In this document: in pieces, positions 56,167 through 64,000 of the stretch
How positions within the stretch are numbered: position 1 is the stretch's first letter
Layout of the letters: every line of letters starts with the position of its first letter
Source: Corallochytrium limacisporum Hawaii
Lineage: Eukaryota; Protista; Pluriformea
Direction: 5' to 3'
DNA: 64,000 bases
Assembly (NCBI GenBank): GCA_002811645.1
Contig: PDIP01000094.1
Coordinates: 20,596-84,595, forward strand
Program-made: the position numbers and the translations under genes
The notes under the pieces: model-generated
What the model was told of the DNA's origin: nothing
Seen by the model: the letters and a program-made list of their open reading frames with translations, nothing else
Database searches by the model: none

Positions 56167-57567
56167 GGCTGATAAGGTTTGAGAAGGAACTCGTAGGCAA
56201 ACTTTTGAGGGTATCCAATAATAGATCTTATTTACTGGAAAGATGCGGGGCGTTCCCTCCCTGTTTTGTTTTCTCTGTTATATCACACTTAGCTGTAGTC
56301 TTCGAAAGCGGTGCTTTGATCCGTGCACCACTGAACTAACTACCATCAATGTATCAAAACGACGACTACGGAACACCAACTCTCCAGCTTTCAATGGCTC
56401 CGGCCGCTGATTCTGCACAGCGGAGATACCGTGGTCTGCGGAAGACTCGGCTGGGCCTTTAGGCCGCGGACAAATTGGCTTTTTCTTGCGGGCAGCAGCA
56501 ACCGGGCCCAAGGCCAAGACCCACACAAACCCCGTACACACTCCATGGATCACAAACGCGATTGAATGCTTTGCGCCCGATTTGCGGTGCAAGGTGAGCC
56601 AGAGTGAGACGGGGGGGTCCCTTCTGGGCGAGGGGTTAGGGTCCTGTTTTGCCCGTTACCCGCCGCTTTCGGACGACCGGTGCGCCCCCCCCCCCCTGAG
56701 AGACAATACCAAAACACACCCACAAAGAATCTCCAGTCTCCCTCCCCCCGGGAGGGGGGGGCCTTCACCTCCCCGTTCCGTACGGGTCCCCCCTCTGTCC
56801 GGCCCAGGGTCGGCAGTCGAAGAAGCTGGCCAGGAAAAATTCAAAAGTCCGAGTCGGAAAAGACACCGACCGGCCGGCCCGCCGCAGACCCGAGTAATTT
56901 TCTTGATCCCGGGACGGCCCGGTTTGGTTGGAGCGGGTGCGAAGGGGGACCTCAAAAAAACCAATGCCATTTTCTTCCCGCATTTTTTTGGTATTTTTCC
57001 TATTCTTGTCTTCGTTGGGCTTGGGTCTTCGCTCCCTCCCCCCCCGGGGCGCGTCTCTCTCTCTCTCTCTATCCAAACTCCAAGCTCACGCACAGTGCCT
57101 TATCTACGCTTCCCGCGGTGGGTCCCCCTCCACGGCGCCAGGAAAGGAAAGGGAGGAGGAGGAGGAGGAGAGGAGGGGGGGGGGGAGCCCCTGCTCGTCC
57201 CCGCAGCCCGGGTCGGACGTTGTGAAGGCCCCCTGCCGGAGAGAAAGGGAGAGGGGTCCATCTCTGCCAAGTATCAGATGCTCCGGATAATAAAATGGTG
57301 CGCTTGCCTGACTGCTAGAAGATTGAGGAGATGGGATGCGACGCACGGCCCACCCCTCAGGGTGGGATAAACAACACGTCCGTATGTAAATCGCCGGAAG
57401 GTTTGCTTTGCGCACAGTACAGTATGCAACTTCCTGCTGAGAGAGTGGTCATCTTTATATGTATGTTCACTATATTATCGTGCCTGCTGTGTTGGTGTTG
57501 TAATTTACGAACAGAGTCTTGAGCGCTTTGGTTGAGGTACACGTCTGAGACAGTGCTTCTATGGCTT

Positions 57568-60500
57568 TCACGTTTCGAGGTACTCTTCAATCTTGGACGG
57601 AGGGGTGTCTGGTTTAGAATCCGACAGTGGCAGGCCACCATTGCGACTGCTGCGGTTGCTGCGACTTCCATGGCGCAGACTGTCGCTGTTGCTGTTGGAA
57701 CTACTGCTGTCAGCGTCGGACCGGCCAGGCGAGTCACGCACCGAGTGATGCGCCGTTGACAACGACATGGCGACGTCGGAATACGCCTCATCCTCCATTG
57801 AGGAATGTCCAGGATGGGCGTAGGTGGGCACCAGGGAGCTCGTACCCATGTCAAAGTATCCTACATCGTTGCGGTCGGCGCTGATAGTCGAAGCGTCGCT
57901 AACGAGGTCACTCGCGGGACGCTTGCCCTGGATCGGGACAAACGTACTGGCTGCCGACGAACGGCCATTGACGTGCTCGTCAAAGAGCTCGTTAATGTTC
58001 TGTACCAGGTCAACAAAGTTCGGACGCATGTCCGGGTCCTCCACGAAACATGCATCAACAATGCGATGGTACTCGTCTGCAGCGATGCTGTTCCTGGACA
58101 ACTGCGGGCGGTGCTCCTGGCGGATGAAATTGAGCAGGTGGTGCGGAGAGACTCCCGGCCAAGGCTGTTCACCTTCGCTAAAGATCTCAAAGGTGGTGAT
58201 GGCAAAGGCCCAGACATCACTCTTGGAGGTAAAGCGAGCGTCGGCTAATGACTCCGGGGCCATCCATTGCACAGGTAGTTCACGTTGGCCCTGTAGAGAG
58301 TAGTAGTCGCGCTCGTAGACATCCCGCGCCAGACCGAAATCTGTCACCTTGACGGTGAACGGATCGGCCATGAGCACATTGCGAGCAGCCAAGTCACGGT
58401 GGACAAACCGTAGGCGCTCGAGGTGTGCCATACCCTTGGCAATCTGCCAGGCGTAGCGCAGATAGTCGTCCGGCTGGAAGTGACCACGGTTCTCGCGTAG
58501 GTAGTCCCGGAGGTTACCCAGGGGCAGAAACTCCATGATCATCATGAAAGGCTCAGAGCGCATGTGCACGCCAATCAGTCTGACAATGTAGGGTGACTTC
58601 ATGGTTGCCATTGCGGCTGCTTCTTCCAAAAATTTCTTACGCAAGGCAAGCACATTGCCACCTGCCATGCCGACGTCGGGCCTCAGTGTCTTGGCTGCCA
58701 CGGCCTTGCCGTCCAGGGTAGCCTGATAGACCACACCGAAGTGACCAGAACCAAGCTGCTTACCGTACGTGATTTTTGTCTGATCAATCTCCAGGGTCTT
58801 GAGGATGGACAGATCGGTCATCTGCTGCTGCGATGGGTGCGCAGTGATACTGGACGAGCTTATGGAGCTAAACAAACCAAGAGCGCTGCCATACATGACC
58901 TCACTAAGGGGGTCCTGGCCCGCTGACTCACCGTCAGAACTATTGGTGGTCACCTTTGCCACGGTGAAACTGTCCAAATCAGTGTTCTCCGAGTCTCGAT
59001 TCTTGGCCGCTCTGTGGCGACGGTACAGCACAAAACCAGCCACCAGAGCCACAAGTGCTGCACTGCCCACGACCACTCCGATAATGAGTGATTCCTGATT
59101 CGTCTTGGTTGTCGTCGTCTCCGGGACACCACCTTCGTCAACAACAAATGAACTACCAAGGAAACCCTGGGGTCCATTGCTGTTCGGCAAAGTGGCATCC
59201 AGCAACAACAGCGAACGGAAGGCCGCATTGGCGGGATCATCCAAGACCTGCTTAAAAAAGTTAATTATTTCAACGGCAGTCTTGTTCTCGCCATCAATGA
59301 TGTCGAAGTATACATCTTCCGTCTCAATCACTCGCGTCTCCCCCCTTTGATCTGGAGTCGGATTGCGGAGGCGGACACGCACTTGAGACTTCGTGCGGGA
59401 CAGCAATGTCAGCATACTTAACTCGGCATCCAGGCTCTCAACAATTTCGGTCTGCAGATCATTGTTACCAATTGGGCGGGTGAACTTCTCAAATCTCATG
59501 TAGAGGAGAGAGCAGCCAGGCAAGTCTACATTCTGATTGCACGGCGTGAAAATCTTCTTCTGCTCGTCGGTACACTGGCCAGAGGTCAGGTTTGCAATGC
59601 GTTCAGTGAAACCTTCCGTACACGTGCGGTTGCAGGCAGTCTCCGGACCAAAGTCCAGAAGAAGACAGTCGCTGCCTTGGCATTGGACCTCAATATCACC
59701 ATCAATGTCCATTTGTCGCAGATCGTTTGTGACGCAGAATTGGTCTTTCGGGTTCTGTAATGCGTTCGACAGCACCTGAACGGAATCTGAGGCCGTGTTA
59801 CCACCGGCATCTACAATGTCAAAGTATGCCTCGAAGACTGAAGGGCTTCCAGATCGGGTGTCAGTAGGGAGGCGGGTGAGCTGAGCCTTACTGATGTGAA
59901 GATCGTTTTCCAGCCATTCCAGAGTCTTCGTCACCTGGCTCTCACCCTCCTTGTCAGTATTGTCATAGTAGAAGGTAAGTTCACGACAACCTGCCAGATT
60001 TACACCTACGTTACAGCGTTGCACTTTTTCCAATTGGGCCTGGGTACAGTTGCCTGTATGTTCAGTGGCCTTCGAAACAGCAAGACCTTCAGTGCAAGTG
60101 CGACTGCATTCACCGAAACCAGTCCATTCGGAAACGACACACTCTTCGGAACAGGAGCCCATATTGCAGGTGCTCCTCTGAGTCTGGTCCTTACATGAAG
60201 CATCTCCACTCTCCACTTCACGAGTTCGGGTGTGCGTGCCAGGTCCGCAGGGCTCACTGCACGTCGAGAACTCGGACCATTCGCCATAAACGCAGTTGCA
60301 TTCATCCACACTACTATTGCATGGAATACGTTCCACTAAATGTGGACAGCCGGTGGAAACCGGAAAGCCCGTCACTTCGCGGGTGCGCTCCCGGTAGCCG
60401 CCACACGGATCGGTACAGGTACTGTAGCTGCTCCAGTCACCCACCTCGCAAGTTGTGGTGTCCGGGGTCACTAGAATGAATGAGAAGCCATTGTCATAGT

Positions 60501-62055
60501 CCTGGGGATTACCGAGTTGGTCGACCACAGTATCAGTCCCAGCAGCATCGCATCGGCCGACCTGCATCGCAGGATCGAATCCATTGCGCCAGCTGTCGCC
60601 GCTCTCAACGTCCCATTCCATGCAGTACATACTCTTGTTACCTTGGGTGCCGAGATGGGCGCGGTTGCGTATGTCCTGGCCCGTCGGGAACGGGAAGGTG
60701 CTCATAATGTCAATTTCATTAGAACACTCCTGCAAGAAAAGGGAGCCATCGGCACTCTTACCGGACAGACAGCGAGCGGTGCCTTCCAGGAGTTCAGCTT
60801 TCATGTCCATCGCCCTCCAGCGCTGGTTGCGCCACTGGAACATCAAAGGACCAGTACCGGGCAAACCGGCCTCATTTACATTGCAGTGGTCCGGAGCAAG
60901 CCGGTCAATACCCCCGTACGACTGAACACAACGACTGGGATCGCTGGTCGGAAAGATATTGAAGGTCGTATCGGGGGCAAAAGAATCCCACAGACTAAAG
61001 GCGTCAGCCTCAAATGGATCGGTGTGCAAGGGTACCAGTTGCCAATTCTGGTTGCGCACCAGGCTTGGATCGCAAGTACGCAGGGAGACGGGCCGGAGAC
61101 TAAGCTGGCCATTCGGGACCTCCGGGTTATTTGGCTCCAGACCATGTGTGCCATCCCAATGCAAACAGAGGCCATCACCGTTGCCCGAGGGATTCTCCTT
61201 CAGAAGCACGTAAGGACCAGAAGCATGTTCAGTGACCCAGCGCTGAGTATCGCTGTTATTCGAACAGGGTGTCATTACGGCTCCTTGGTGAGTTGTCGGT
61301 GGCGTGGTGGGGTCTGCCACCCGCTTATCCACGCAACTACTGCGACCGTCAATTGTCCCTCCGACGTGCTGAAGTACACCTGCGGTGGGATTGTTGAACT
61401 GCAACACTAGGGGAATGATATTGCTGTCTGGCTTTGTGCATGAAGTTACAGCTAATCGCACATAGTTTGAATCTCTGACCCATCCCACACATTCATTTGA
61501 GCCCGCCCGCGGTCTCAGGGTAAAGTTAACTTCCTGATTTGTGTTGTTGTAACAGTGGGTCTGGAAGCACTCCTGCATGTCCTCCAAAGCTTCACAGTTG
61601 GTACCTAGTTTCTCCACTGTCCGTGTCCTGAACTGTTGCCCTGCTCCACAAGAATTCGAACAATCCGAAAATGTGCTCCATTCTCCCACCTGGCATTCCC
61701 GCTCCGCGTTGGTGCAGTTAATGGTATATGTTGAAACATCCGAAAGGAGCAACTGTGTTGATGCCGTGGGTTTGTCCGCCAGCAATGAGCATACTGTATT
61801 CCTCGACACAGTATGATCATAACCCCACATAAATGCTTGGCATTCTGCATTTAGACCACAATACCTAGCACATATATCCACAGAAGCTCCGTAGTATGCG
61901 TCTATAGGCGCCTGGTTAGTCCACGTATTGATCTGCGGAGCTTCATAGTCTGATAAAGCAATGCCACATGCATATTCTTCTGCCTGAGCATGTGCTACCC
62001 CGCCCGTGGCCACCAGCATTGCCACGACAGCTACTAAATTGCTGTTCATGTGCAT
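57568..62055 (-). CDS. Receptor tyrosine kinase: signal peptide, PAN/apple, TSP1 repeats, ricin-B lectin-like regions, SEA-like repeats, TM, TK
   Basis: Hydrophobic leader ending AHA-Q; TM IIGVVVGSAALVALVAGFVLY then RRHR; LGSGHFG, VAAK, HRDLAARN, DFGLARDVYERDYY, LPVQWMAPES, SDVWAF. ATG at 62055 or 62049. Confidence 0.94.
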   Translation of the reverse strand: MHMNSNLVAVVAMLVATGGVAHAQAEEYACGIALSDYEAPQINTWTNQAPIDAYYGASVDICARYCGLNAECQAFMWGYDHTVSRNTVCSLLADKPTASTQLLLSDVSTYTINCTNAERECQVGEWSTFSDCSNSCGAGQQFRTRTVEKLGTNCEALEDMQECFQTHCYNNTNQEVNFTLRPRAGSNECVGWVRDSNYVRLAVTSCTKPDSNIIPLVLQFNNPTAGVLQHVGGTIDGRSSCVDKRVADPTTPPTTHQGAVMTPCSNNSDTQRWVTEHASGPYVLLKENPSGNGDGLCLHWDGTHGLEPNNPEVPNGQLSLRPVSLRTCDPSLVRNQNWQLVPLHTDPFEADAFSLWDSFAPDTTFNIFPTSDPSRCVQSYGGIDRLAPDHCNVNEAGLPGTGPLMFQWRNQRWRAMDMKAELLEGTARCLSGKSADGSLFLQECSNEIDIMSTFPFPTGQDIRNRAHLGTQGNKSMYCMEWDVESGDSWRNGFDPAMQVGRCDAAGTDTVVDQLGNPQDYDNGFSFILVTPDTTTCEVGDWSSYSTCTDPCGGYRERTREVTGFPVSTGCPHLVERIPCNSSVDECNCVYGEWSEFSTCSEPCGPGTHTRTREVESGDASCKDQTQRSTCNMGSCSEECVVSEWTGFGECSRTCTEGLAVSKATEHTGNCTQAQLEKVQRCNVGVNLAGCRELTFYYDNTDKEGESQVTKTLEWLENDLHISKAQLTRLPTDTRSGSPSVFEAYFDIVDAGGNTASDSVQVLSNALQNPKDQFCVTNDLRQMDIDGDIEVQCQGSDCLLLDFGPETACNRTCTEGFTERIANLTSGQCTDEQKKIFTPCNQNVDLPGCSLLYMRFEKFTRPIGNNDLQTEIVESLDAELSMLTLLSRTKSQVRVRLRNPTPDQRGETRVIETEDVYFDIIDGENKTAVEIINFFKQVLDDPANAAFRSLLLLDATLPNSNGPQGFLGSSFVVDEGGVPETTTTKTNQESLIIGVVVGSAALVALVAGFVLYRRHRAAKNRDSENTDLDSFTVAKVTTNSSDGESAGQDPLSEVMYGSALGLFSSISSSSITAHPSQQQMTDLSILKTLEIDQTKITYGKQLGSGHFGVVYQATLDGKAVAAKTLRPDVGMAGGNVLALRKKFLEEAAAMATMKSPYIVRLIGVHMRSEPFMMIMEFLPLGNLRDYLRENRGHFQPDDYLRYAWQIAKGMAHLERLRFVHRDLAARNVLMADPFTVKVTDFGLARDVYERDYYSLQGQRELPVQWMAPESLADARFTSKSDVWAFAITTFEIFSEGEQPWPGVSPHHLLNFIRQEHRPQLSRNSIAADEYHRIVDACFVEDPDMRPNFVDLVQNINELFDEHVNGRSSAASTFVPIQGKRPASDLVSDASTISADRNDVGYFDMGTSSLVPTYAHPGHSSMEDEAYSDVAMSLSTAHHSVRDSPGRSDADSSSSNSNSDSLRHGSRSNRSSRNGGLPLSDSKPDTPPSKIEEYLET

Positions 62056-62632
62056 GCTGAATATATTAAAATATATAGGCACTCAATCGCCTCTGCGTGT
62101 GCAATAAATGTTTCGCTTTCAAAATAGATTTCCAAACCGACAATGTACACCAATAGCTTACGAAGGTTTCATTTTTGTGACTATAACTCTGCAGGTCCTG
62201 TCTATGCAAGTTTCTTCTGCTCTTCGTCTTCGGTGTTTTTTACCCTGTATATTATATGTAGTAGTCTATGATCAATACCATTACGGTAGTTTGTGATTGC
62301 AAGTACCTCAACGAATGAATCGAATCAAAGATAACTATGATTCCATACCACGATCATCATTTGCTACTTCAAAATAAAAATAAACATTGCTGGCAAAAAC
62401 GAATTGTGCAGAAAGCGAAACATGTTGATTGGAGTTTCGAAAAACAAACGGGTGCCCATTGCACAGACCGTTGACACCACAAAGGTCAAGCAGCAATGCT
62501 AAGGCTCCAGAGGCACACCGGCGAAAAGAGAAAAAGGGGAGACCCCATCTCCAGTGTCGATTTTTTTCCCTCTCCTTTACCCTACTATTTTCCTATGGGA
62601 GTGGCCCAGGTCTTGGACCAACCATTGCCTAC

Positions 62633-62813
62633 TTTGGACAATGCTTGATTTTTTTGAAACAATCAAGCCCCGGGGGGGGGGGGGGAGGCGAGCAGGGGGA
62701 AAAGGGGGAAAANNNNNNNNNNNNNNNNNNNNNNTTTGGACAATTCTTTATTTTTTTAAAACAATCAAGCCCGGGGGGGGGGGGGGAAGCGAGCAAGGGG
62801 AAAAGGGGGAAAA
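62633..62813 (+). repeat. About 80-bp direct duplication flanking a 22-N gap (probably unmerged contig overlap)
   Basis: tttggacaat...aaacaatcaagcccgggg...gcgagca...gggggaaaa occurs at 62633-62712 and again from 62735. Confidence 0.85.
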
Positions 62814-64000
62814 AGGGAGCAGGAATTCAGAAAGAGACCGGAGAGAGGGAGGGGGGAAGGAATCCGCTAGGACGGAATGAGCGAGGCGAGAATTGCAAAA
62901 TATGCAAACCCAACGGATATAAACCAAGGTGAATACGCTATGGAAAAGTCAAATGCAATGACTGACCAGGTTGAGAATGAGGTAGGGACTGGCTTGGTGC
63001 CCCGCTGGGTCAGGAGACGAAGGTGCGCCAACGCGAGAGGGGAAGGGAGAGAGAGAGACTGAGAGGGAGGGGGGGGGGGAAGGGGGACCCGAAAGGCACC
63101 CAAAAAGCAAAAAAAAAAACCAAAGAAAATTGGCCCAAGACGTGTTGAAGCCAGCGAAAAGGCCGAGGTTTTGGTTGGCCATTCGAAAACGTCAAAGAGC
63201 AGTTTCTGTTGGTAGCTCTCTTTATGCTTCCCTTCCCCTCCCGTAAAGGGTTCATCGTCGACATCCACCATCATGATCATCGATGGCCCTGTCTATACTC
63301 TATATAGGGTGAGTTCTTGCCAATATCTGACAATCTGGATCAAAGTGTACAGGATTCTCAAGGTAACCCTTGGGTGACACTCCTCCCACTTCGTCCTCCT
63401 AAGGTAGAAACAAAAATGCTCCAGTTTTGTATCTTTGGATTCTTTAACATCTCCTGCCTCTTCCAGTCTCACGAAAACTCCATATGTTTATTATAACATC
63501 TTTGACGTTGCAAAGAGTCCGGACGAACTAGTCAGGTCGGACCGTTGAGCTCTGGCCTCACCACTCACATTCTGTCAGTCGAATGCGACAAGCCTGTCGG
63601 GCCCAAATTCCACTTTTTCTACCTTACTTTTTTTGTCTCCTCCATGCCCAATTCTGCAGTACTATCAGTACCAAAGTCAAAGGAAAACGAAAATTCATAG
63701 GCCCGACCCTCGTCACACACACACACCTCACTCACCCTCTCTCTCGCTCTCTTCCTCGATGGCCCCTTGCTCGCTCATTTGGAAAAAAACGAAAAAAAAA
63801 AGCCTTTTTGAGTGAACACCACCCCACCTCTCCCCCTGTCAATCTCTCTCGTTCTCGACCCACCCCTGGCTTGGCCATGGTGGATAACTTCAATAAACGA
63901 CTGCTTCTTCTTTTGGAAGCATCTGCCCTCGGTGTCTCTCTCTCTCTCTCCTTTTTCCCCCTCCCCCCCCGGGGCGGGGCTGTCTCCCTTCACCCGTGGC

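Noticed and set aside
56486-57370. 294-aa and other Pro/Gly-rich ORFs in the GC islands
   Set aside because: Arise from stop-poor homopolymer sequence, mostly with non-ATG starts and no domain signal.

Overview
Eukaryotic, intron-poor genomic DNA with four assembly gaps. A CSL/Su(H) transcription factor, a receptor tyrosine kinase with HRDLAARN, a small HERC ligase and an animal-like MAO, together with only one detectable intron in about 17 genes, suggest a unicellular holozoan such as Corallochytrium or a relative (inference only). Genes in order: class-V PLP cysteine-desulfurase-like enzyme, Rad1, CSL, RCC1-HECT HERC, kelch protein (one intron), Yippee, a DENN-DUF547-PLAT protein split by a 1-nt frameshift, glycine decarboxylase P, SAC3/GANP, a non-plastid SBPase-like enzyme, a GGCT-fold protein, RNR small subunit, Tctex-1, ACAD10/11, secernin, MAO and a multidomain RTK. 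The main leads are: (1) E2F/CHR/MCB-like elements clustered upstream of RNR2 and a dyad upstream of Rad1; (2) the RTK ectodomain; (3) the DENN fusion; (4) the SBPase-like gene beside a plant/algal-like gene; (5) an 8 kb gene-free region upstream of CSL; (6) recurring CnGn homopolymer islands between genes. I could not support any tRNA, rRNA, CRISPR array or intact mobile element. Family assignments are from motif recognition, not database searches.
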